The notes beneath the pieces were generated by a model. It did no database searches and had not been told where the DNA came from. It saw only the letters and a program-made list of their open reading frames with translations. 64,000 nucleotides of DNA from contig CAXXKM010000003.1 of NCBI GenBank assembly GCA_963664435.2, forward strand, positions 320,001 to 384,000. Reading direction: 5' to 3'. Both the position numbers and the translations under genes were made by a program. Below are positions 31,819 through 43,729 of this stretch, piece by piece (the stretch's first letter is position 1; the number at the start of each line of letters is the position of its first letter). The stretch comes from Longimicrobiales bacterium (lineage in GTDB: Bacteria > Gemmatimonadota > Gemmatimonadetes > Longimicrobiales > Gaopeijiaceae).

Positions 31819-32519
31819 GAGCGGTGGTGGTGACCTTCCCCGGGTCCAACTGCGACTACGACTGCCTGCAGGTGCTGCGCAAGGTCATGGGGGTCGACAC
31901 GCGCTTCATCTGGCACCGCGAGCGCGACCTGGGCGACCCCGACCTGGTGGTGCTTCCGGGCGGCTTCTCCTACGGCGACTACCTGCGCGCCGGCGCCATC
32001 GCGCGCTTCAGCCCCATCGTGGAGGCGGTGAAGCGCTACGCCGGGGGCGGCGGCATCGTGCTCGGCATCTGCAACGGCTTCCAGATCCTGTGCGAAGCCG
32101 GGCTGCTTCCGGGCGCGCTCCGGCGCAACGACTCGCTCAAGTTCCGAAGCCACGACGTGCACGTGCGCGTCGAGACCACCGACACCGCGTTCACCCGCTC
32201 GTACCGGCCCGGCCAGGTCCTGCGCATTCCGATCGCGCACGCCGAAGGCAACTACATCGCCGACCCGGCCACCCTCGAACGCCTCGAAGCCGACCGGCGC
32301 GTGGTCTTCCGCTACACCACGCGCGAGGGAGCGCGCGGGGAGGGCGGCAACCCCAACGGCTCCGCCAACGACATCGCCGGGATCATGAACGCCGCCGGCA
32401 ACGTGCTCGGGCTCATGCCCCACCCGGAGCGGGCCGCGGAGGGCGTCCTGGGCTCCACCGACGGGCTCGGCGTCTTCGAATCCCTGGTCGCGCACTGCGC
32501 GCGGGAGAGGGTGGCATGA
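31815..32519 (+). CDS. purQ: FGAM synthase glutaminase subunit PurQ
   Basis: [31 protein letters not shown]. Confidence 0.97.
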   Translation: MRAVVVTFPGSNCDYDCLQVLRKVMGVDTRFIWHRERDLGDPDLVVLPGGFSYGDYLRAGAIARFSPIVEAVKRYAGGGGIVLGICNGFQILCEAGLLPGALRRNDSLKFRSHDVHVRVETTDTAFTRSYRPGQVLRIPIAHAEGNYIADPATLERLEADRRVVFRYTTREGARGEGGNPNGSANDIAGIMNAAGNVLGLMPHPERAAEGVLGSTDGLGVFESLVAHCARERVA

Positions 32520-34807
32520 TCGCGCCCGCGGCCGGAGGCAACGGCAGCGCGCCCGCAGCGCCCGAGCCACGTCCCGGAGACCCGGAAGTCACGCCGGAGC
32601 TCGTCGCCGACCACGGTCTTTCGCCGGAGGAGCACGACAGGATCGTCGGCCACCTCGGGCGCACCCCGACCTTCACCGAACTCGGCGTCTTCTCGGCGAT
32701 GTGGTCGGAGCACTGCGGGTACAAGAACTCCAAGCGCCTGCTCCGGCTCCTGCCCACCCAGGCGCCCTGGGTCATCCAGGGACCGGGGGAGAACGCGGGG
32801 GTGATCGACATCGGCGGCGGATACGCGCTCGCCTTCAAGATCGAGTCGCACAACCACCCCTCCGCGGTCGAGCCCTACCAGGGCGCGGCCACCGGAATCG
32901 GCGGCATCCTGCGCGACGTCTTCACCATGGGGGCCCGCCCGGTCGCGGTCCTCGACTCGCTCCACTTCGGGGACCTGGACTCGAGCCGCGTGCGCTACCT
33001 CTTCGACGGCGTCGTGCGCGGGGCCGGCGACTACGGCAACTGCGTAGGCATCCCCAACCTCGGCGGCGAGGCCTACTTCGACCGCGGCTACGAGGGCAAT
33101 CCCATCATCAACGTTATGTGCCTCGGCATCATGAAGCGCGAACAGCTGATCCGGGGCGAGGCCCACGGGGAGGGCAACACGCTGATGGCGGTGGGCGCGC
33201 GCACCGGGCGCGACGGCATCCACGGGGCGACCTTCGCCAGCGAGGAGCTGGGCGAGGACTCCGACGCCAGCCGGCCCCAGGTGCAGGTGGGCGATCCCTT
33301 CACCGAGAAGCTGCTGCTCGAGGCAAGCCTGGAGCTGATCCGCAGCGGTCACATCGTGGGCATCCAGGACATGGGCGCCGCGGGCATCACCTCCAGCGCC
33401 GCGGAGATGGCGGGGCGTTCGGGGAGCGGGGTCGTGATCGACACCGCACTGGTGCCGGTGCGCGAGCCGGGGATGACGCCGTACGAGATCCTGCTCTCCG
33501 AGAGCCAGGAGCGCATGATGGTGGTCGTGCACAAGGGCCGGGAGGACGAGGTCCGGAAGATCCTGAACAAGTGGGAGCTGGAGGCGGCGGAGGTGGGCCA
33601 CGTCACCTCCGATGGACGCTTCCGCATCCTAGAGGACGGGCGCCCGGTCGCCGACATCCCCGCCCTGCCGCTGACCGACGGGTGCCCGACCTACGAGCGC
33701 GCGGGCATCGAGGGCGAGGAGGTGCGCGCGCTCAGGGAGATGGACCTGGCGCCCTACGCGGGCGGCGAGGGCGACCGCACCGCCGACTTCCTCCGCCTGC
33801 TCGCCTCCCCCAACCTCGCGTCGCGCCGCTGGATCCACGACCAGTACGACACCACCGTGCGCACCGCGAGCGTGGTCCAGCCCGGAGGGGACGCGGGCGT
33901 CCTGCGGGTGCGCGGCACGCCGCGCGGCATCGCCGTGACCACCGACTGCAGCGGCCGCTACACCTACCTGGAGCCCGGCACCGGCGCCCGCATCGCCGTC
34001 GCGGAGGCCGCGCGCAACCTGGCGTGCGCGGGGGCGCTGCCCATGGCGGTGACCAACAACCTCAACTTCGGCAACCCGCTCAAGCCGCACATCTACTACC
34101 AGCTGCGGGAAGCCGTGCTGGGAATGGCCGAAGCCTGCGCCCTCTTCGAGACCCCGGTGACCGGCGGCAACGTCTCGCTCTACAACGAGACCAGCGGGAC
34201 GCCCATCTACCCCACGCCCGTCATCGGCATGGTCGGCATCATCGACGACCTCGAGCGCGTCACCCGGCACGCGTTCCGGGACGAAGGCGACGTCATCGTG
34301 CTGCTGGGCCGCAACACCGACGAGCTGGGCGCCTCCGAATACCTGTACGCGATGCACGGCATTGTGGGCGGAAAGCCCCCGCGGGTGGACCTGCTCGCGG
34401 AACGCGTGCTCCAGCAGGCGCTGCTGGCCATGATCGGCGAGGGGCTGCTCCGTTCGGCGCACGATTGTTCGGAGGGCGGCCTGGCGTGCGCGCTGGCGGA
34501 GAGCGCGCTGCATGACGGCGAGAACCCGGTCGGCATCCACGTGCGACTGGCGGACCCGCTGCCCTCTACCGCACTATTCTTTGGAGAGGCCCAGGGGCGC
34601 GTGGTGGTTTCGTGCGACCCCGCGAGCCTCGACCGGGTGCGCCGGCTGGCCGATCGGTACGGCGTGCCCTGCACGGAGATCGGCACGGTCGGAGCAATCG
34701 GCGGCAGTTTCGTCGTGGAGAGCGCGGACGCTCGCATCGAGGCGGAAATCGGGGAGGTGGGTGCGGTGTATTTCGGGGCTCTGCCCGAGCGCATGGACGC
34801 ACAGTAG
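32516..34807 (+). CDS. purL: FGAM synthase subunit PurL
   Basis: [37 protein letters not shown]. Confidence 0.97.
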   Translation: MIAPAAGGNGSAPAAPEPRPGDPEVTPELVADHGLSPEEHDRIVGHLGRTPTFTELGVFSAMWSEHCGYKNSKRLLRLLPTQAPWVIQGPGENAGVIDIGGGYALAFKIESHNHPSAVEPYQGAATGIGGILRDVFTMGARPVAVLDSLHFGDLDSSRVRYLFDGVVRGAGDYGNCVGIPNLGGEAYFDRGYEGNPIINVMCLGIMKREQLIRGEAHGEGNTLMAVGARTGRDGIHGATFASEELGEDSDASRPQVQVGDPFTEKLLLEASLELIRSGHIVGIQDMGAAGITSSAAEMAGRSGSGVVIDTALVPVREPGMTPYEILLSESQERMMVVVHKGREDEVRKILNKWELEAAEVGHVTSDGRFRILEDGRPVADIPALPLTDGCPTYERAGIEGEEVRALREMDLAPYAGGEGDRTADFLRLLASPNLASRRWIHDQYDTTVRTASVVQPGGDAGVLRVRGTPRGIAVTTDCSGRYTYLEPGTGARIAVAEAARNLACAGALPMAVTNNLNFGNPLKPHIYYQLREAVLGMAEACALFETPVTGGNVSLYNETSGTPIYPTPVIGMVGIIDDLERVTRHAFRDEGDVIVLLGRNTDELGASEYLYAMHGIVGGKPPRVDLLAERVLQQALLAMIGEGLLRSAHDCSEGGLACALAESALHDGENPVGIHVRLADPLPSTALFFGEAQGRVVVSCDPASLDRVRRLADRYGVPCTEIGTVGAIGGSFVVESADARIEAEIGEVGAVYFGALPERMDAQ

Positions 34808-34891
34808 AAGGAGATGGCAGCCCGTGGACGAAACACGCCCGGCATGGGAGCGGCGATGGATCCACGAACTGCCGGCGCCCGGAGGCGGCAC

Positions 34892-36391
<1,500 letters not shown>

Positions 36392-36403
36392 CGAAGCGCC
36401 TTG

Positions 36404-37105
36404 TCAGCCGCCCGGCGGCACCACCGCTTCCGCCGTGTAGATGAAGTCGCCGAGCGGCGAGTTGTCGCCATTGGCGGAGTTGCCGGTCACGTGGAACACG
36501 ACCGGCGACGGTTCCTCTGGCGCCACCCACTCGAAGCTCCAGCTGGCCACATCGCCTGGACCGAGCTGGCTGCCCTCGACCGTGTGGTTGATGTAGTCGA
36601 CGCCGCCCTCGCTTCGCACGACGGTGCGGCCGTCCAGCGACGCCAGGCGCCCGGCCGGCGCGCCCGGCCGCTCGCCCTCCTGGAAGCGCGCTGCGGCCTG
36701 GAAGCCGGCGCTCCCCATCCCCTCCCCTTCCACGATCACCGTGACCACATAGACCGCGCCCGGTGTGAACGAAGCGGGCACGCCGTCGAGCAGGAGCGCG
36801 CCGCCCAGTGCGTTGAGCTCAAGGTCGAGGTGGCACTCGATGCAGGTGAGTTCGCCGAAGCCGCCGGTGCGCGCGAGGGGCGGGCCGTCGGCGTGGGGGA
36901 TGGGGGCGCGGAGCGTGGGGGTGCTGGGACCGGCGGCGGCGAAGGCCGGAGCCGCCGCAAGGGCAGAGCTCGCAGAGAGGGCGTAGCTCGCGACTCCAGC
37001 GCCGGCGCTGGAGTCGCCCGCGGAGGATGCTCCCGCACCGGAAACGGCTACCCCGGCAAGCGCGCCGGCGAGAAGCCACCGGTTCGCTATACGCAAATTA
37101 CGCAT
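36404..37105 (-). CDS. Secreted Reeler-like / choice-of-anchor V domain protein
   Basis: Signal peptide, GPP..RTGGFGELTCIECH, WSFEWVAP, ANGDNSPLGDFIY. Confidence 0.7.
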   Translation of the reverse strand: MRNLRIANRWLLAGALAGVAVSGAGASSAGDSSAGAGVASYALSASSALAAAPAFAAAGPSTPTLRAPIPHADGPPLARTGGFGELTCIECHLDLELNALGGALLLDGVPASFTPGAVYVVTVIVEGEGMGSAGFQAAARFQEGERPGAPAGRLASLDGRTVVRSEGGVDYINHTVEGSQLGPGDVASWSFEWVAPEEPSPVVFHVTGNSANGDNSPLGDFIYTAEAVVPPGG

Positions 37106-37187
37106 TTTACGCAAAATACGTAAAACGCGACCGGCCGGGCCGGCCTCCCCGCCGGCCCGGCCGATCCGTTCCGCAGCCTGCGGGCGC

Positions 37188-38222
37188 CTAGAAGCTGACT
37201 GGCCGCGAAGGCGGCAGCACCGCCCGGCCGATGGTGTTGGTGTCGGCGCCGAACCAGACCACGTTGGTGTTCGGGTCGTAGTACATGTGGCGGATGGTCC
37301 CGCCCCCGCTCTCGACCGCCACCGAGCTGATGTACTCCTCGGTGCGCGTGTCGAAGCCCACGAACATGTTGGGCTGCACCCCCGTCTCGACGAACCAGAC
37401 GCGGTCGTCGTTGTCGATGGCGACGCCGTAGGGGCGCGCATCGCCGCCGCTCGGGTTGGCCCACTCGGTGACCTCGCCGGTGTCCGGGTCGACGCGGCCC
37501 AGGAAGCCGCGCGCGTAGTCCACGTACCAGACGATGTCGTCGGAGTCGATGACCAGCCGCCGGGGGCGCGAACCCTCGGGAAGCTCGAAGTAGGTGGGCT
37601 CGAAGCTCTCGGGGTCGACCATGACCAGCAGGTTGGTGCCGAAGAGCGACGCCCAGGGCCGGTCCTGCGAGTCCATCTTCAGGCCGTAGGGGCGGGTCGA
37701 CCCTCCGCGCGCGCCGGGGTTGGCCGGCATCTCGACCAGCCGCACCTCTCCGCTCTCCTTCCAGAACTTGCCCACGAAGTTGCCGCCCTGGACGGTGAAC
37801 CAGAGGTCGCCGGCGGCATCGAAGGCGAAGGTGTGCGGGTCGCGGGCGCGCTCGTCGGGCATGGGGAAGATCTCGATGTCGCCCGTCCCGGGATCGAGCC
37901 GGCCGAGGTTGCCGACCAGGTTGCCGGTGTACCAGACCATGCCGTCGTCGGCCACGACCACGGTGTGCGGGCCGGCGCCGTCCGGCAGGTCGAACTTCTC
38001 CATCTCGCCGGTCTCGGGGTCGAGGACCGCGGCGTAGTGCGAGCGCTGGCCGGCGAACCAGACGCGGCCGTCGGGGGCCACGTACGGGTCACGGGGCCGG
38101 CTCTGCTCCCACGGCACCTGCCACTCCTCCAGGGTCGGGTCGTTCTCTTGCGCGAAGCCGCTGACGGGGACCGCCAGCAGCATCAGGGACACCGCTACCA
38201 TCGCACTGCACAGGAATTTCAT
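37188..38222 (-). CDS. Secreted Vgb (virginiamycin B lyase)-like beta-propeller
   Basis: Signal peptide, repeats of PH/PYG..DG.VWFT..LGRLDP.TG. Confidence 0.85.
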   Translation of the reverse strand: MKFLCSAMVAVSLMLLAVPVSGFAQENDPTLEEWQVPWEQSRPRDPYVAPDGRVWFAGQRSHYAAVLDPETGEMEKFDLPDGAGPHTVVVADDGMVWYTGNLVGNLGRLDPGTGDIEIFPMPDERARDPHTFAFDAAGDLWFTVQGGNFVGKFWKESGEVRLVEMPANPGARGGSTRPYGLKMDSQDRPWASLFGTNLLVMVDPESFEPTYFELPEGSRPRRLVIDSDDIVWYVDYARGFLGRVDPDTGEVTEWANPSGGDARPYGVAIDNDDRVWFVETGVQPNMFVGFDTRTEEYISSVAVESGGGTIRHMYYDPNTNVVWFGADTNTIGRAVLPPSRPVSF

Positions 38223-38455
38223 GATTCGGCCCTCCCGCCGGATTCCGGAGACGTTCTGCGCACGTTGGGACACTCGGACAACACTGTGAATCGAAGGTTC
38301 GGGCCGCGGCGCGGCAAGGAAGCGAGGCGCCTGCGTTTTCCCACTCCCTCGGCACTCTTCCCCCACCCGTGCCCACACGCTTGCTTCGCCCACGCAGACG
38401 CCCCGCCTCGCGCACCGCCTTACGCTTTGCAAGGACACATGGGCTTCGTCCGGCG

Positions 38456-38484
38456 TTGAAGCGGGTGGCCCGGGTTTCTATCTT
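38456..38484 (+). promoter_or_regulatory. sigma70-type promoter of tRNA-Ser
   Basis: TTGAAG-N17-TATCTT, ending 8 nt before the tRNA. Confidence 0.7.
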
Positions 38485-38492
38485 GCGGAGAT

Positions 38493-38576
38493 GGAGGGGT
38501 GGCAGAGCGGCTAATTGCACCGGTCTTGAAAACCGGCGGGTCTTGACCCACGTGGGTTCGAATCCCACCCCCTCCG
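38493..38576 (+). tRNA. tRNA-Ser(TGA), CCA not encoded
   Basis: Acceptor GGAGGGG/CCCCTCC, anticodon arm CCGGT-CTTGAAA-ACCGG, long variable arm, GGTTCGAATCC. Confidence 0.97.
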
Positions 38577-38605
38577 TTGCCGGGCAAGGCCCGGCCCCTG
38601 AAGGG

Positions 38606-38825
38606 CTGTGATTCGAACCCAGGGTTGAGCCTCCGGTGCTTCGCATCCTCGGCTCACCTTCGGCGCCGCTGCGCGGCCCCTCGGTTGCGAATCCCACCCC
38701 GGTCGTCTTTCGGACCGGCGGCAGGGCAACCTGTGATGCGAACCCAGGGTTGGGCCTCCAGGTGCTTCGCGTCGTCGGCTCACCTTCGGCGCCGCTGCGT
38801 GGCTCCTCGGTTGCGAATCCCACCC
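38606..38825. repeat. Two ~95-bp structured direct repeats downstream of tRNA-Ser
   Basis: Copies 38606-38699 and 38731-38825, near-identical, each ending GGTTGCGAATCCCACCC. Confidence 0.85.
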
Positions 38826-38868
38826 GCTTCGCTTGTGATGACGACATGAATGCCTGAGGAGGGCGCTC

Positions 38869-39942
38869 TTGGAATACCGCTCTTCGGTGCCCTTGTTCGT
38901 GATGGTCGCCGGTCTCCTTGCCATTGCATCCTGCACCTCCGAGAAGGGTTGGGTTGAGGCGCAAGCGGCTTTGACGTGGGATGACGTCGGAGTGATTTCG
39001 ACGTTCGGGGAAGTGGAGCAAGCCGGTTGGCTGTCGCTTCTGCGAAGGCCCCGCGACGCGGTCATTCATGGAGAGGATGTCCTTATCCTCGATGCTTCGC
39101 CTCCATGGATTCGCGTGTTCAAGCGCGATGGCGAGTTCCTGGAGGCGCTGGTCTCGGTCGGCGAAGGACCTGGCGAAGCCGTTCGTCCGTCTTCGCTGGC
39201 GACGGCCGGTGGTGACGGCTTCGTCCTCACCGATCGACTCGGAGTCTCTCGCTTCAACCGAGAGGGCCGGTTGCTTGCATTCTCCCGGCGTACCGCATAC
39301 GTAGCGATGGGAGCCGTGGAGGCCTGTGCAAGCCGACTGTTCGTTGTGACGCGGGCCACCTTGCCGGAAGCTGCTGCGGTCCTGGGGGAGATCATGCCGG
39401 GAGGATCGCTTGACACTCTCCTCGTCTTCGCCCCGTCACGTTTGAACAGCAGGACACATCACACATGGTTCAGCCACGGAGACGCGTCCGGGCTGTTGGT
39501 GTACACCGAAGAGGCTGGGCGTCCTCGTCTTCTTCGTATCGATTGTGATGGCGAAGTACTCCAAGAGGTCACCCTGGATCCTCTTGGCAACGGGCAGAGG
39601 GCGGAGATGCTGCAGTCGGGGACGATCGAAGTCACCGCAGCGGAACCTCCGTTCCCAGCAGGACTCGCACTGGTTGACGGCTTCATGCTGTGGGCTGTGC
39701 AGGAGGATGATTCGACGACTTCGATCACGGCATACGGATCGGACGGCGCCCGTCGTCGGGTAACCATCGAAGGATGGTACCAACTCCTGGACCATGGGCC
39801 CCAGGGAGACTTGCTGTTTGGCAATTCCTTCTCGACAAGGGGGACGTGGGGTTTCATTCCGTCCGTAGTACTTGTTGATGGCCGACAGCTGTTGGGACAC
39901 ATGAGGGACATCGACCAGGAGTCGACGCGGGAAGACTTGTGA
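38869..39942 (+). CDS. 6-bladed beta-propeller lipoprotein
   Basis: Lipobox IASC, GEGPGEA motif. Confidence 0.75.
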   Translation: MEYRSSVPLFVMVAGLLAIASCTSEKGWVEAQAALTWDDVGVISTFGEVEQAGWLSLLRRPRDAVIHGEDVLILDASPPWIRVFKRDGEFLEALVSVGEGPGEAVRPSSLATAGGDGFVLTDRLGVSRFNREGRLLAFSRRTAYVAMGAVEACASRLFVVTRATLPEAAAVLGEIMPGGSLDTLLVFAPSRLNSRTHHTWFSHGDASGLLVYTEEAGRPRLLRIDCDGEVLQEVTLDPLGNGQRAEMLQSGTIEVTAAEPPFPAGLALVDGFMLWAVQEDDSTTSITAYGSDGARRRVTIEGWYQLLDHGPQGDLLFGNSFSTRGTWGFIPSVVLVDGRQLLGHMRDIDQESTREDL

Positions 39943-40216
39943 CTCCGCGATGGCGGGTCACATGGAGCCGTTTCACTGACGATGTCGTCCGGAGCTGCCG
40001 TCCTGAGCCGCATGACCACCGGAATGGCGTGTGACGGAGCGCCGCCGCCGAAGTAGCCGATAACGGCTGAGGAACCCCACATACCGGGTGGATGGTATGC
40101 CCACGGAAGCGGTACAGTGCGCCTCGCCGGGCGAGTTGGTAAACGGGCGGATGGCGACGGCATGGGGAGGCGGCGGTTCGGGTGGCTGTTCATCGGCACT
40201 TCAAGGGGGTGCAACC

Positions 40217-41296
40217 GTGGCGTTCCCACGATCCATTTCTCGTGTGGTGATTCTTCTTGCCGTGACGGCGTCACCTGGCGTTGGTCAGGTCGTCGAGGGG
40301 CCGGAGGGACCCGTCGAGTTCATTGGGCTCGAGCGCTGGAAAGCGTCGGCGTTGCTGGAGGCGATTCAGGAGACCGCGCCCGGCCAGCTCCTCGGCGCCT
40401 GCGCGGGCACGATGAAGAGAGAACTGGGCTTCGCCGACGCCGGCGTCTTCGGCTATCTCGAGTCGACTACATCCAGGTCCGAACGATACACGGTCATCAT
40501 CGGCATCGAAGACCGGGCTCGAGTCCGGTACCGCACCGTCGGAAGCGAGACCATCGAGCTGCCGGCATCCTGGCAGGCCCTGAAGTCCTTAGTCAACGAG
40601 GACTTTCGGTCTCTGGACCTGGCGAGGGAATTGTTCGATCTCAGACATGATCGCGAGACCGCGCGGAAGTTTGCGGACCTCTTCGACTCCAACCTGGCCG
40701 CCATCGAGCCCGTCTGGGAACTGATCGCGGCCCTGGATGGCGAGCGGGATCGGCGCCTGGCCGGGGAGATACTCGCCAACGACGCGTCCTGGAGGTCGCG
40801 CGCGATCGCGGCGACGGTCCTCCTGAACTTCGGCGAGGACGATACCGCCTGGCACGACCTGGTTTCTGCGGCGATCGATCCTCACGCGTGGGTCACCAAC
40901 GCCGCAATATCGGTTCTCCGGAGCTGGGGCCGGATGGAGAACGTCCGCCCTGTCCGTTGGGAGGGAGCGCGGGAGCCGCTCCTGGCGGTGCTCGATGGCA
41001 CCAACCCGTTCGCGTTCGGCGCGGTTGTGAGTGCCCTGACCGCCACCGGGATCGAACCCGCGTTGGGAAGGCAGCTGATCCGGGAAGCGCCGGACCTCCT
41101 CTTGGCGCACGTCGACGCCGAGCATGAGAGCACACGGGAATCCGCGCTGGGCCTCCTGACGGCCGTCAGCGGCGAGGACTTCGGAGCCGATTCCGAAGCC
41201 TGGGCGGAATGGCTCGACGATTCGCCTCGAGGCGCTCACCGCTCCACGCTCATCCCCACGATCAGGCGCTCCTTCCTGAACAGATCGATGCCCTGA
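40217..41296 (+). CDS. Secreted hypothetical protein with helical (HEAT-like) C-terminal region
   Basis: Signal-like N-terminus after GTG; C-terminal GEDFGADSEAWAEW typical of HEAT-repeat ends. Confidence 0.65.
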   Translation: MAFPRSISRVVILLAVTASPGVGQVVEGPEGPVEFIGLERWKASALLEAIQETAPGQLLGACAGTMKRELGFADAGVFGYLESTTSRSERYTVIIGIEDRARVRYRTVGSETIELPASWQALKSLVNEDFRSLDLARELFDLRHDRETARKFADLFDSNLAAIEPVWELIAALDGERDRRLAGEILANDASWRSRAIAATVLLNFGEDDTAWHDLVSAAIDPHAWVTNAAISVLRSWGRMENVRPVRWEGAREPLLAVLDGTNPFAFGAVVSALTATGIEPALGRQLIREAPDLLLAHVDAEHESTRESALGLLTAVSGEDFGADSEAWAEWLDDSPRGAHRSTLIPTIRRSFLNRSMP

Positions 41297-43308
41297 TGGG
41301 CGATGTAGAGATTCAGGGGCTCGCCCCAGGCGGCGCGCACGCGTGAGAGCTGGAGGTTTACGCCCCAGGAGGCGTTCACCACGAGCTCGGAGCCGTCCTG
41401 GTTCAGCACCCCGAGGCCGAATGAGGTGACCGGGCTGATCCACCAGGTGTCGCGCTGGTAGAGCCACGGCGGCCGGTACTGCAGGTTGGCGGCCACCATC
41501 CAGCTGGGTTTCCCCTGCCCCAGGGAGAGGGACGCTTCCGGGACGACGTTGAACGCCCCGAGGTGATCGCTCGGGCCCCAGTCCGCGGCAACTCCGAAGA
41601 TCCACTGGGTATGGGGTCCTCCCAGGACGCCCGTGTAGGGGCGCAGTTCGCGGGCCGGGAAGCCGAGGGAGGGATCGAGGCGGCTGTCGCCGTAGACCTG
41701 TGCAGGATGATCGAGGTCGGGTTCCATGGGGGCGAGTTCGGATTCAGTCAGCACGGGCACGCGCTCGGCTTCGGTCGGCACGGGCTCGGGCGGGGCTTCG
41801 ATTGGCGCGGGCGCCGGTTCCGTTTCGGTCGGCGCGGGCGCGAACCCGGGCTCAACCGTCATCGCCGGCACATCCTCGGGTCGGGCCTCGACCGCGGGGG
41901 CAGCATCGGCGCGAGCCGTCTCCTCCAGCGTCCTCTCCATCTCGTCCAGGCGCGCGTCCACTCGCTCCGCCAGGCGGTCTTCCATCTCCGCGAGGTCGCC
42001 CCGGCTGAGGTCCGGACGGCGGCGGCCGCGGTTACCCCCCACGAGGATCTTCAGGCCGGCGGACAGCTGCCAGTTGTGGACGAGGTCGCCGGGATCCCTG
42101 ACGTCTTCGAAGTCCACGGCGGCGGCATCGAGGTCCGGGCGCGACATGATGTAGTCGCGCGCGGCCGCCGTCAGCCGCAGATGCCGGCCCAGTCCGAGAT
42201 CGACGCCCCCTCCAACGATCAGCGCCGTGCGATCGGAGGGGACGCTCGCCGCATCCGGAGCCAGGTCCGGGCCGAACTCCATCCTGCCGGCGCCGGCCAG
42301 CAGATGGGGCGAGAACAGCGACGGCCCTCCCAGGTTGAACTGCGCTTCCCCGCCGTACCCCTTGATCCCCTCCTCCCAGGCGTGTCGGTCGTCGACGCCC
42401 CGCCAGTAGAAGCCGCGCAGCCCGACGAGGGGACCGACCTCGAGGCCCGCGCGGAAGCCGGCGATGGGCTGATCGTCGATGCCGAAACCGGGATCGAATG
42501 CCTGTGCGCCGCCGAAGGGTTCGAACAACACGGCGCCGCCGGACGACATGGGCCGGTAGTCGCGGTCGCCGGCCCGATACCGGTTCGACCACGAAGTGTA
42601 GTCCGGCCCGCCGAGTTGCAGCATCAGCCCGACGCGGATGGCCAGGTTCCGGCGCAGGGCGCCCGCATCCGGATCCTCGGGAAGCGCGGGATCTCCCACG
42701 GACACGGGGACGGCCAGCTCCAGTGGATCGAGATAGTACCGGCTGCGCGCCACCATCACCTCGCCGTCGAACAAACCCAGCACCCGGGTTCGAAGTCCCA
42801 ACCCGTACCTGAGCTGGACGCGCCGGAGGTCGCTGCCAGCCTCCGGCCGGAACCGCAGGATGCCCGCTCCGCCCATGAGCACGGGCACCAGGGAGCCCCC
42901 GGCAAGTCCGACGGATACTTCGGCTCCGTAGGAAGCGATATCCAGCAACTGGTCGGGCGGCGGCGTCCGCATGCCGGCCGCGAACGGAAGGCGGGACAGG
43001 TGGGTCGGGCGGGAGTCGCTCTTCCGGTAGAAGGCCGTCAGGTCCACGTACTCTCCGAACCCGAGTCCCGCGGAACCGCCCAGGGAGCGCGCCTTGCCGA
43101 GACCGAGAGACTCGTCCCACTCGGTCCAGGCGACGGAGGGACGGAGGTGGTAGCGCAGTTGCTGGGCAGCGAGAGGCGCGGAAGTGGATGCGAGGGCGCC
43201 CGCGAGTAATCCGGCCAGCAGCAGGCTGCGGGATGCGGGATGTCCCGCAGGCAGTTGAATTGATTTTCTGACTGTAACCGGTATAGTCACCACAACTATC
43301 CTCCTCAT
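41236..43308 (-). CDS. Multi-domain outer-membrane beta-barrel protein
   Basis: Signal peptide, several alternating beta-strand blocks, coiled-coil and Pro/Glu linker. Confidence 0.7.
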   Translation of the reverse strand: MRRIVVVTIPVTVRKSIQLPAGHPASRSLLLAGLLAGALASTSAPLAAQQLRYHLRPSVAWTEWDESLGLGKARSLGGSAGLGFGEYVDLTAFYRKSDSRPTHLSRLPFAAGMRTPPPDQLLDIASYGAEVSVGLAGGSLVPVLMGGAGILRFRPEAGSDLRRVQLRYGLGLRTRVLGLFDGEVMVARSRYYLDPLELAVPVSVGDPALPEDPDAGALRRNLAIRVGLMLQLGGPDYTSWSNRYRAGDRDYRPMSSGGAVLFEPFGGAQAFDPGFGIDDQPIAGFRAGLEVGPLVGLRGFYWRGVDDRHAWEEGIKGYGGEAQFNLGGPSLFSPHLLAGAGRMEFGPDLAPDAASVPSDRTALIVGGGVDLGLGRHLRLTAAARDYIMSRPDLDAAAVDFEDVRDPGDLVHNWQLSAGLKILVGGNRGRRRPDLSRGDLAEMEDRLAERVDARLDEMERTLEETARADAAPAVEARPEDVPAMTVEPGFAPAPTETEPAPAPIEAPPEPVPTEAERVPVLTESELAPMEPDLDHPAQVYGDSRLDPSLGFPARELRPYTGVLGGPHTQWIFGVAADWGPSDHLGAFNVVPEASLSLGQGKPSWMVAANLQYRPPWLYQRDTWWISPVTSFGLGVLNQDGSELVVNASWGVNLQLSRVRAAWGEPLNLYIAHQGIDLFRKERLIVGMSVER

Positions 43309-43560
43309 ATTGGTTGCCACGCGCTCGCGCCCGGGCTCGCTTACGTTGCGCCGGCCCGAAGGTTTCGGGTTCCCGAAGGCTTGATTCGAGGCTCCGAAGA
43401 CCCGATTCGTGACTTGCGGTCCCGGCGCCAGGTCGTGGCCGTTGCCTGCCCATGGGTTAAGCGTCCGAGAACGGGCGAAATACCATGGCCCGCGAGCTGT
43501 GCGTCTCGTGGTGCGCGCCCTTCTTCGTCCGCACCGAGCACGCTCCCGGGGACGAAGTCG

Positions 43561-43628
43561 GCAACCATCTCGCGCTCCAGGGGCAACCATCTCGCGTCCC
43601 GGGCAACCGACCCGGAAGGGAAAGCGTC
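43561..43628 (+). promoter_or_regulatory. Candidate ECF sigma promoter with triplicated GCAACC element
   Basis: GCAACC at 43561, 43583, 43603; last copy followed by N16-CGTC. Confidence 0.4.
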
Positions 43629-43729
43629 AGAGCTACCGATGAGGGCCGAAGGGGCTCCGGCGGGTTGACCGAGAGACCACGGCGGAAGATTTCGGGACGG
43701 CATCGCCAGCTCTGGCCAGGAGGACACCG

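Noticed and set aside
38560..38576. tRNA-Ser 3' end as att site of the 46-kb integrase
   Set aside because: No distal duplicate of the tRNA 3' end found by eye; the integrase is explained by the SRPBCC-internal repeat
38606..38825. Extra tRNA genes or mini-CRISPR
   Set aside because: No cloverleaf or anticodon arm; only two long copies
39943..40216. Possible gene remnant on the minus strand
   Set aside because: No recognisable motif or credible start
43351..43400. CCGAA/TTCGG cluster as a second SOS box
   Set aside because: Spacing of 17 and 21 bp does not match the 11-bp period
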